Source: Pseudobacteriovorax sp.
GTDB taxonomy: Bacteria > Bdellovibrionota_B > Oligoflexia > Oligoflexales > Oligoflexaceae
NCBI GenBank assembly: GCA_050293845.1
Contig: JBNKNM010000063.1
Location: 1 to 26,199, forward strand
Length of the DNA stretch: 26,199 nucleotides
Direction: 5' to 3'
The position numbers and the translations under genes are program-made. Below the pieces are notes generated by a model. That model was not told the DNA's origin. It saw nothing but the letters and a program-made list of their open reading frames with translations, and did not search any database. Below are positions 18,461 to 26,199 of this stretch, one piece after another; within the stretch, counting starts at the first letter, position 1, and every line of letters starts with the position of its first letter.

Positions 18461-19465
18461 ATGGCGAAACTAAAAACATCTGCAAAGGGTCAACTGGAAC
18501 GTATGGTAGAAGCCAGCGCTAAGCAGGTAAAAAAAAGCGTGCGCAAAAAGACGGCTCAATCCCTTGGGTATTTACCCGGTAATGTCGCTCATAGACTGCA
18601 GGAACAGATCGACGAATTCGGTCGTACTATTCAGAATATTCCTTTAACTATGATCAAACTGAACGAGAATATCCGGAAAAATTATTCAGAGGATAGCTTG
18701 GCAACTTTAGCAACATCTCTCGAGCAGGATGGGTTAATCCAATTCCCTACGCTATGCCTCAAGTTATCTCCAGATGGAACGGCACGTTTAATCTGTAGAA
18801 ACGGACATCGACGCATTTTAGCGGCTAAAAGGTTGGGGTGGAATTCTGTTGACTGTATGATTTTAAGCTTTGATTCTGCGTCCCAAGAACTTTACCATAC
18901 TATTAATGCCAATATTAACGAGAATGTATTCTACCTGGACCTCGCATTAGCCTACCAAGAAGCGGCTAACCTAGGTGAGTCTGATGCTGATGTTGGCAAA
19001 CGAGTAGGAGTTAACGAGCGCACCGTGGGGTGGTATAGAAGATTAGCTCTCATGCCTGCATCCTGTCGTGACTTATGTCGTCAGTATCCAGATATTTTTA
19101 ATGCCACCTGGGCTATAAAATTGGCCCGCAAGGGAGTTCTTCCTAAAGAGTCAGACTTGCTGCAGCTAATGAAGACATACTTAGATCAGAAAATTCACGG
19201 TAGCACCGCTACAAGCCGTTCTGCTAACAAAGATCGTTTATTGCGTCAAAAGGCACGTCACAGCCTGCGAAAGATAGTCGCCCAGTTGAAAACGGATGAG
19301 GAACAAATCCTGATTCGTAATCTATTAAACCAACTCACACTGGGGGGGTTTTTGTCAAAGCAAGCCTATGAAAAGCTACAGAAAGATTTGTTTGCTCCCG
19401 CCGGTGACAAAAGCCATACGCATACAGCGGTACGGGGCAAGCGTACGCGCAGCAAACGGGCATAA
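18461..19465 (+). CDS. parB: ParB/RepB/Spo0J family protein
   Basis: NIRKNY...LATSLEQDGLIQ, GHRR box, HTH-like DADVGKRVGVNERTV; 9 nt after parA with GGAGG RBS. Confidence 0.85.
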   Translation: MAKLKTSAKGQLERMVEASAKQVKKSVRKKTAQSLGYLPGNVAHRLQEQIDEFGRTIQNIPLTMIKLNENIRKNYSEDSLATLATSLEQDGLIQFPTLCLKLSPDGTARLICRNGHRRILAAKRLGWNSVDCMILSFDSASQELYHTINANINENVFYLDLALAYQEAANLGESDADVGKRVGVNERTVGWYRRLALMPASCRDLCRQYPDIFNATWAIKLARKGVLPKESDLLQLMKTYLDQKIHGSTATSRSANKDRLLRQKARHSLRKIVAQLKTDEEQILIRNLLNQLTLGGFLSKQAYEKLQKDLFAPAGDKSHTHTAVRGKRTRSKRA

Positions 19466-19702
19466 ACCATGGGAGTGTCCATTTTGCCCATTGATATCTA
19501 CCATTTCAGAGATGTTGCTAACTGAATGCTGCAGATCAGGGATATGTATTGCAAGTTCACTTAGTTTCTGCTTAGACTGCTCCTACCTCGTGGGAGTAAG
19601 GGTCGTTTTCTCTATTACCTCAGTAAACTGACCTAGCGCTCCCTTGCCATGAAACTCCCAAGGTTGCACTGTGATACTAACGACCAGGAAAAGTGCTAGA
19701 AT

Positions 19703-20536
19703 ATGCCAGAGCTACCAGAAGTTGAATGTTTAAGTCGCGCCATCCGTCCTCTGCTTGAGGGACACACAATAAGTCAGGCACGCTTTTTTCGCCCGGATCT
19801 TAGGGGACCGATTCCCATTGCTGATTTTGAGGATCTTATTGTCGGGGAGAAAGTTCTTTCGGTAGCAAGACGTTCGAAGTATATGCTTTGGGAAACTCAG
19901 AAAGGATGGGGGATCGTTCATTTGGGAATGTCTGGGAATGTGCTGTTTATGAAGCAGCCGACTCCGAAGCTACCCCATACCCATGCTGTTTTTACTATTG
20001 CTGGGGCTGAAACTGTCGAGGGATACTTACACTACATCGATCCTCGTCGTTTTGGTTGGATCACATGCTGCAAAAAAGAAGAGTTGGCAAAGCATCCTTT
20101 CTTTATCCATCTAGGGCCTGAGCCTTTAGATACAGAAGATCTTGATCACTACTTATGGCAGAAATCCCGGAAGAAGTCGGTATCTATCAAATCTCTGCTA
20201 ATGAATGCTGCAATTGTCGTTGGCGTAGGCAATATTTATGCCAACGAATCTCTATTTAGGGCGGGTGTTCGGCCCACAAGAGTGGCCCATAGGGTGACCC
20301 GACAGGAGATGACGAGAATTGCTGAGTCGATTAAAGCCACGCTTCTTGAGGCTATAGAGCAAGGAGGGACCACTTTTCGGGACTTCAAAAATGCTGATGG
20401 TGGGGCTGGATATTTTGCACTTTCCCTTAATGTCTATAATAGATCGGGAAATCTCTGTATTTTTTGTGACTCTATTATTAAATTAATTCGCCAAAATGGT
20501 CGTGCTAGCTATTACTGCCCATCTTGTCAAAAGTAG
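19703..20536 (+). CDS. mutM: formamidopyrimidine-DNA glycosylase
   Basis: MPELPEVE, HLGMSG, DPRRFG, GVGNIYANE and a C-terminal Cys4 zinc finger. Confidence 0.97.
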   Translation: MPELPEVECLSRAIRPLLEGHTISQARFFRPDLRGPIPIADFEDLIVGEKVLSVARRSKYMLWETQKGWGIVHLGMSGNVLFMKQPTPKLPHTHAVFTIAGAETVEGYLHYIDPRRFGWITCCKKEELAKHPFFIHLGPEPLDTEDLDHYLWQKSRKKSVSIKSLLMNAAIVVGVGNIYANESLFRAGVRPTRVAHRVTRQEMTRIAESIKATLLEAIEQGGTTFRDFKNADGGAGYFALSLNVYNRSGNLCIFCDSIIKLIRQNGRASYYCPSCQK

Positions 20537-20980
20537 AAATCGATCCAAGTATAGTCATTATGACTTATTTTATTGGGTATAAAAGCATCGGAGCTACATG
20601 TTTTAGAAAAATTTTCCTATTTATTTTACTCATCTATTACAGCTATTTTCCCTCCAAAATTGCAGCAATTCAGGTTATTTAGGTATTCATTGGCGCTGTT
20701 ACTAAGCCGTAAGTCTAAATGTAAGGGAAAAAAACCTTCACTAAAACTGTTGACTTTGCCACTCAAACTGCTAATTTGTCGCAGCTAAGGAATTTTTAAC
20801 GGACTGCGTTGCCGTTCTCTCTCGAAGGTGTGTCCTTCGCAAGGCCGCTAAAAATGTGCTTTCAAGAGCATGAGAGTTGACACTAAGACGCGTCTAAGTT
20901 TCATTTTAACTTGGTTTATTGTTCCAATTTCTGTAGACACGGAAACAGGTAAAAAAGGCCAATTCGGAGGAAAATCAGCC

Positions 20981-21298
20981 ATGATGACACCTGACAACAC
21001 TAATGAGACAGTCCTAGACCCATCTTTTGATACGTCTTCTGTAACTTTCCCTCCGGGAACTAAGTTAAGAGAAATCGAAAGAATTGTTATCCTAGAGACT
21101 TTGAAGCAAAAAAACTTCAACAGAACCCATACTGCACGCGCGCTAGGCATCGGTATCCGAACGCTGCAAAGAAAATTAAAGCGTTATGGAGCGTCTGATT
21201 GGGGTTTAAAGACTAAGGTTTCTCCTTCTATGGGTACTGATGTTAATGAACTCGTTAGCACTCCAGTAGCTCCTGAAGCACCTAGTCTTAACAACTGA
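20981..21298 (+). CDS. stand-alone Fis-family (HTH_8) DNA-binding protein
   Basis: LREIERIVILETL..NFNRTHTARALGIGIRTLQRKLKRY; GGAGG RBS before ATG 20981. Confidence 0.85.
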   Translation: MMTPDNTNETVLDPSFDTSSVTFPPGTKLREIERIVILETLKQKNFNRTHTARALGIGIRTLQRKLKRYGASDWGLKTKVSPSMGTDVNELVSTPVAPEAPSLNN

Positions 21299-21320
21299 TC
21301 CAGACTTTGTCACTGTCAGC

Positions 21321-21360
21321 GGTGTTATGGCACGGTAATAGGCCGTGCTAACACCTGTTT
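21321..21360 (+). terminator. probable intrinsic terminator
   Basis: Hairpin GGTGTTA..GCACGGT/GCCGTGC-TAACACC followed by TGTTT, 22 nt after the stop codon. Confidence 0.55.
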
Positions 21361-21647
21361 CTATGATACTTTCTTGCCTGTTTTTTATCCGACTCTGAAA
21401 ATTGTGTTCGCATGATTGCGCTTTGTAACCTAGGCGTGGGAGCTTCGCTTTTTCTTAAGAGCTTCTTTGCTACTCTACATCTCAGTTGCAGGTTTGGGTG
21501 AGGTGGGGCTTTAGCAATTTTATGGCAGCAATGTCACATTTATGGACTGCAAGATGATAGATATAAGGGTGAAAGCAATTTTTTCTAAATTCAGTGTGAT
21601 GAGAGTGTTATGGAACTGAATATTGCTTGAGAAAGTGTAGGGGAATT

Positions 21648-22283
21648 ATGCTGAGAGCAAGATCTGACTCAGACAAGGAGCAACGCTGGCTTGTCTTTTT
21701 AAAGGTAGCAGAAGACCTTTTTATGAAGAACTCTGATAAGTTACCTTCAGTGACTGAAATTGTGAAGGAGGCCAGTCTAGCAAAAGGTACTTTTTATCTA
21801 TATTTTAAGACCAAAGAGGAAGTCTTTCTCGACATTTTGGAGATTCGCTACACAAATTGGCTGGATACGCTTACAGCTTCTATTGTGAAGTTGAGGTCCA
21901 TTACAGCGGAAGATATGGCTGATGTCATGTTGGCACCTGTAGCGGGTGATGCTTGCTTCTTACAATTGGCTAGTATTTCTCAAACCATTTTGGAAGTGAA
22001 TCTGTCCACCGACAAGGCGGTCGCGTTTAAAAATAATATCGGTGCCAGCTTAGAGCACTTCGCGAAAACAGTACATAACCATTTTGGAATGGATAGCAAA
22101 GAGATTATTTTCCTTTCCTTGGAATGCTATGCAGCAATTATAGGTATGTGGCAGCTTTCTCAAGTGTCGAAAACTGTCGAGACGATCCAAAATCAAATAC
22201 CCTATAAGTTTCTATTTCCTGAGTTTGCCAAGCATATAAGGCCAATGCTGACCCATATTATCAGAGGGAAGCTGGGGATCTGA
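21648..22283 (+). CDS. TetR/AcrR family transcriptional regulator
   Basis: RARS...KEQR N-terminus and HTH SVTEIVKEASLAKGTFYLYFKTKEEVF. Confidence 0.92.
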   Translation: MLRARSDSDKEQRWLVFLKVAEDLFMKNSDKLPSVTEIVKEASLAKGTFYLYFKTKEEVFLDILEIRYTNWLDTLTASIVKLRSITAEDMADVMLAPVAGDACFLQLASISQTILEVNLSTDKAVAFKNNIGASLEHFAKTVHNHFGMDSKEIIFLSLECYAAIIGMWQLSQVSKTVETIQNQIPYKFLFPEFAKHIRPMLTHIIRGKLGI

Positions 22284-22387
22284 GCCCAAGGAACGATATT
22301 ACGGTTTAGACGGGATTGCTTATCATTTTAGCTAACTTAGCCAATTTGGCTAATTCTGCGAGTTGTGAATTTTCTCAGCAAAATGAG

Positions 22388-22416
22388 TTGACATAAGCAT
22401 CCTCAAAACATATAAG
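22388..22416 (+). promoter_or_regulatory. sigma70 promoter of the tRNA
   Basis: TTGACA (22388-22393), 17-bp spacer, TATAAG (22411-22416), just upstream of the tRNA. Confidence 0.75.
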
Positions 22417-22433
22417 AAATTTCCCAACAGCAT

Positions 22434-22510
<77 letters not shown>

Positions 22511-22682
22511 GTAACTAGATGAAAATATTGTAGAATATGTTCAATGGGTACTGGTCATCAAAGGTTTACCCTGACTAATCCAGTCAGAGATTGTCAGAGT
22601 AGGTCATTTAAAAAACTATTGTCTCTCCACTCCGTGTTTGATAGCTAGTTTCTCCGAATAATTGATATACGGAGGGATTCTC

Positions 22683-23867
22683 TTGGCTACATACCAAATC
22701 ATCCAGAAAAAAAACTCCAAGTATGTTAAAATACACTACTGGTGCCCTGTTTTAGGAAAGCAGAAGATGCTACCGAGGGTGCACTATGAATATCTCGACA
22801 GATGTTCCGAAAGTGTCATAGTAGATTTTTGTAGACGCTTAGATAAAGATTTAGGCTTGAATAAAAACGAAAGCTTAAGTTTTAAGCACCTTGAGCTAGA
22901 TAGTTATCTTGTCGAATACGATGCACAACTTTTCAAAGATGGTCTAGATAGACATACAATAAAACAGTATCTATCTTACCTCCGTAATTATGGTGTCCCT
23001 TTCTTCACAAACGATGTTGAGGTCGAAGGTGTACTCCATAAAAAGCTTGAAAAAATTGAAGATTGGCCTTCTAAATCCCCTTTTTTTCGTGACTGGTACT
23101 TAAACCATACTGGTAATTCTCCAGAAATGGCTAGAGTGAATATTGCGACAATCAAAAGGTTTTGGAAGTGGCTTAAGTTCAAACAATACATTTATCCAAC
23201 TGCTGATCCAGAATTTTCGCATAGATTGAGGTCTATAAGGATTGGCAGCAATCAAAAAGTAGCTATACTACCTCGTCCTGTTGAACCTGACGAGATTTTA
23301 GAGTTTGCAGATTCAACCGATAGCAATGAGTGCAGATTCATTGCTTTGGTCGCTTATGGTGCTTCTCTCAGACCTCAAGAAGTTTTTAGGCTTTCACCCT
23401 CGTTTTTCTTAACTCCACAGCAGGCAGAACATTTTGAGGTTAACGTTAGACGTGCACATATGAAAATGTACAACCGCCTTTCTATTAATGTTGTGGAACA
23501 AATAAGTCGAAATGGTCCAAAGCCAGCAAAGACCATTGGGGTTACGCCTCTACTTGACGAAAGATTTGCCAAGAGGTTGTTACCGTTTTTAGAAGTTACA
23601 GCCTCTAATTCAAGATTCTTGAATTCATGTGTCGATTGGTGCTACACGAAATGGCGAAGATTTGGTATTGAAGGTTTGACAGTAAAAGATTTGCGAAGGG
23701 CTAGCTTACACTACTTAGCTCACAATACACCTTACAATCACCATCATATAGATTTAATGAAGTTTGCACGGCACGAGAAATTTTCTACAACAGAAATTTA
23801 TTTAAAAACACCTTGGATAAGTAAATCATTAAAGTGTAAAAGTGCTCCAACTAATTGGAGCGTATAA
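22683..23867 (+). CDS. tyrosine recombinase / integrase
   Basis: YGASLRPQEV (catalytic R), KDLRR (HxxR variant) and ARH...TTEIY; TTG 22683 follows a GGAGG RBS. Confidence 0.85.
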   Translation: MATYQIIQKKNSKYVKIHYWCPVLGKQKMLPRVHYEYLDRCSESVIVDFCRRLDKDLGLNKNESLSFKHLELDSYLVEYDAQLFKDGLDRHTIKQYLSYLRNYGVPFFTNDVEVEGVLHKKLEKIEDWPSKSPFFRDWYLNHTGNSPEMARVNIATIKRFWKWLKFKQYIYPTADPEFSHRLRSIRIGSNQKVAILPRPVEPDEILEFADSTDSNECRFIALVAYGASLRPQEVFRLSPSFFLTPQQAEHFEVNVRRAHMKMYNRLSINVVEQISRNGPKPAKTIGVTPLLDERFAKRLLPFLEVTASNSRFLNSCVDWCYTKWRRFGIEGLTVKDLRRASLHYLAHNTPYNHHHIDLMKFARHEKFSTTEIYLKTPWISKSLKCKSAPTNWSV

Positions 23868-23881
23868 ATGTGCTATTCAAC

Positions 23882-24142
23882 TTATTTTTCAATAATTATT
23901 TCTGAAATTTGAACCTTTGAAGCTTCACATTTTTGTAACCCCTTTTTAAATCTAAGAATAAAAGCATTTGTCATCGGGACTTTGTTGTTTACAGCAAGTG
24001 AAACCTGATTTGGATATACTGAAATTATAGTTGCAAAATCATTTTGCGTCATATTTTTTTCAGCTAAGAATACCTTAAAGCGGGACTTTTCGATTCTGTA
24101 AGGACTTCGTATATGCTCGAACATGAAAAATTTTTCCTTCAT
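23882..24142 (-). CDS. XRE/Cro-like HTH protein
   Basis: LAEKNMTQNDFATIISVYPNQVSLAVNNK pattern; 86 aa. Confidence 0.7.
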   Translation of the reverse strand: MKEKFFMFEHIRSPYRIEKSRFKVFLAEKNMTQNDFATIISVYPNQVSLAVNNKVPMTNAFILRFKKGLQKCEASKVQISEIIIEK

Positions 24143-24275
24143 ATAAAAAAGTGTACCTAACTACAAAGGAATCTTGCGAAGAAATGAGAATTGAAGAGTA
24201 GGGTTGTATCCCAATCCTTGGAAAACAATCTCAGCGAACAGTATTAAACAGAGTTTAGAAAATCAAGAGAATTTT

Positions 24276-24671
24276 CTATTCTAAGTCATAATCAAACTTT
24301 TCTTTAAGTGTTTGCTTGAGTTTATACTCTACCACAGCGGCTTCTTCTCTATTATTAACTGCCTCAGCATACATTCGACGTGATTCATTCATAACTTCAA
24401 GACAAGTACGACGAAGACAGTCCATAACTTCTTCACTCGGAAGGAGAGTAAGATCGATACACCTTCGTACTTGATAATAGCTACAATGTTTTAAGAATTC
24501 ACGACCAAGCTTAATCAAATTTTCCTTGTTTCTTGGATTTTTTATTCGGCCAGTCTTCCACTTGGTAATATAATTATTTTTTACATCAACATAAACAGCG
24601 AGTTCCTTTTGAAAACGAAACCCGCGTGCAGCTATTGATTGCATTATCAGTTTTGCTCTAACTCGTTCCAA
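24276..24671 (-). CDS. HTH-containing protein, putative phage regulator
   Basis: QKELAVYVDVKNNYITKWKTG is XRE-like; GAGGA RBS before the TTG start. Confidence 0.65.
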   Translation of the reverse strand: MERVRAKLIMQSIAARGFRFQKELAVYVDVKNNYITKWKTGRIKNPRNKENLIKLGREFLKHCSYYQVRRCIDLTLLPSEEVMDCLRRTCLEVMNESRRMYAEAVNNREEAAVVEYKLKQTLKEKFDYDLE

Positions 24672-25129
24672 CTACATATCCTCAATTAACTGAATTATCT
24701 CTGTGTAAGGGCGTTTTTCTGCACCCATAGGGATAGCTTGTGACCCATAGTTAGACAAAATATTGCGTGATAATCACGTAGAAATCTTACCTAATCATAT
24801 ATCCATATAAAAACATTTATAAAAAATTAGATACTCTTTGTGAGAATTTATTAAATCGAATTAAAATAAGCTTGATATTATTGCTATAAATGTCTTTTCG
24901 CTCCTCTGAATGGAATTTAATTCCATATATGGCTTTTTCTGAGTCAGAAAAAAGTTAGTCAAAATTATTTTCGGCAAGAATGATTTGTGTTTGCACTCTT
25001 AATTGGGCTCCACAAAAATGTGCTGCTTGTTTTTTAATGATTTTCAGGTTTACCATTAGCGCATCTCGGGTGAGGAAAAGAGCCTGAACCAGTAGTTATC
25101 AACCATAAGTTAGAACGGTACTTTTAGCC

Positions 25130-25435
25130 TTGGTTTGTAGTAGTAATGAAAAAAAGGTCGAGAAGTACATCAGTGAATTACCAACAGTCTCCGTGTGCGA
25201 TTGGTATATACATCGATACGTTTTTAGAGATTGCAGCAGGGTTTTGAGTCGTATTCAACTACTCCTAGTTTTTAAAAAAGGAATCTATGTTGAATCTAAA
25301 TCACTGATGACAATTCTTAAAAACAAAGGAATTCGGATCGCTTTGAATCCGATGTGTAAAGATGATTCTATAGTGGGTCTACATAAATCAGTATTTGACT
25401 TCGAGCAACATTGGAGAACCAAACCCAAAATCTGA
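25130..25435 (+). CDS. hypothetical protein
   Basis: 101-aa ORF divergent from the HTH genes; no recognised motif; start codon uncertain. Confidence 0.45.
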   Translation: MVCSSNEKKVEKYISELPTVSVCDWYIHRYVFRDCSRVLSRIQLLLVFKKGIYVESKSLMTILKNKGIRIALNPMCKDDSIVGLHKSVFDFEQHWRTKPKI

Positions 25436-25481
25436 AGCACTGTGTTTCAGTATTATTACAATTTTTTTCGGAGAATCATGT

Positions 25482-26199
25482 ATGAAATTTTTAAAAGGTC
25501 TAATTTTTTTACCTATCATCCTCGCTTTTTTCGCATGCGATTTCGAAGGCGACAAAGGAAAGGATGGTATAAACGGTATCAATGGTGCTGATGGCGTTAG
25601 TTGTTCAGTGTTAAAGCTCGAAAATGGTGATGATGCTATTCAATGCGGTGAGAGCATCGTTACTATTCCTGAAGGGAAAGACGGTCAGGATGGAAAGGAC
25701 GGCGTATCATGCACTATTACTGTTGAGGAAAATCACCAGTATCTTTTATGTGGAGATAATCGGACTCCATTGGATGGTGACGAAACTCAGGTTATAGAGA
25801 TGCTAAACATAGCTCTAACCCCTGTCGTAGTTGATGAGACCCTAGTCGAAGTTGCTGAATCTGAGTTGTTAGTTACTTTAGATTTCAATGTGCCAGTATC
25901 TATAAATGAAGATCTTGCATCGGATCTTAATGGTTACACTTTTAGTCGTTTATCAGAAAAAACTTACTCATTAAAATCAGAAAAGATCTTCCAGGACTTT
26001 CCGTTTTCGGCAATGCTGAATACTTGGCAACTTGATTTACCTTTAGGTCTATTTGAAAACGCCTATAATCCTAATTCAGGTACTCCGGCTCTATCGGGAA
26101 TACAAATCACCCTCTATAGCTACGTCATGAACTTTGAAACATTAATCTATGATCATGACGACAGCAACGTTTGCGAGAATGATTTTCAATCCTTGACCT
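25482..26199 (+). CDS. lipoprotein with short collagen-like Gly-X-Y repeats, 3' end outside window
   Basis: Manual translation (not in the ORF track): MKFLKGLIFLPIILAFFAC lipobox-like, GDKGKDGINGINGADGVSC...QCG, GKDGQDGKDGVSC...LCG; open to the window end; GGAG RBS. Confidence 0.8.
   Translation, partial: MKFLKGLIFLPIILAFFACDFEGDKGKDGINGINGADGVSCSVLKLENGDDAIQCGESIVTIPEGKDGQDGKDGVSCTITVEENHQYLLCGDNRTPLDGDETQVIEMLNIALTPVVVDETLVEVAESELLVTLDFNVPVSINEDLASDLNGYTFSRLSEKTYSLKSEKIFQDFPFSAMLNTWQLDLPLGLFENAYNPNSGTPALSGIQITLYSYVMNFETLIYDHDDSNVCENDFQSLT

Larger units (their letters stand above)
22511..26199. mobile_element. left end of a prophage or integrative element inserted at tRNA-Ile
   Basis: Integrase directly after the tRNA 3' end, visibly lower GC, HTH regulator genes; second att site not in the window. 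Confidence 0.75.

Noticed and set aside
19368..19650. ORF or possible gene remnant between parB and mutM
   Set aside because: The plus-strand ORF overlaps parB and has no motifs; the minus-strand frame has an internal stop and no recognisable homology.
21328..21343. TGGCACG resembling a sigma54 -24 box
   Set aside because: There is no TTGC at -12, and the sequence is better explained as one arm of the terminator hairpin.

Overview
Bacterial chromosomal window; a Bdellovibrionota/Oligoflexia-like deltaproteobacterium is my tentative inference from gene content. Positions 1-22283 are mostly housekeeping genes: dacB (partial), methylmalonyl-CoA epimerase, pgpA, an M50 homolog, an esterase, trxB, mrp/apbC plus DUF971, sucCD-macrodomain-murB, UDP-glucuronate decarboxylase, an H1-like protein, an S8 lipoprotein protease, icmF, an orphan parAB pair, mutM, and Fis-like and TetR regulators. 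A stand-alone tRNA-Ile(GAT) at 22434-22510 is followed by the left end of an AT-rich integrated element (tyrosine integrase, two HTH genes, a collagen-repeat lipoprotein running off the window). The most notable observations are: (1) an unexplained ~240-nt GC-rich, highly structured intergenic element with its own sigma70-like promoter (11139-11377); (2) a site-2 protease homolog with all three Zn ligands replaced; (3) an orphan ParA/ParB pair preceded by a 35-bp near-perfect palindrome overlapping its candidate promoter; (4) a histone-H1-like tail fused to a small globular domain. All calls were made by eye, without database searches.
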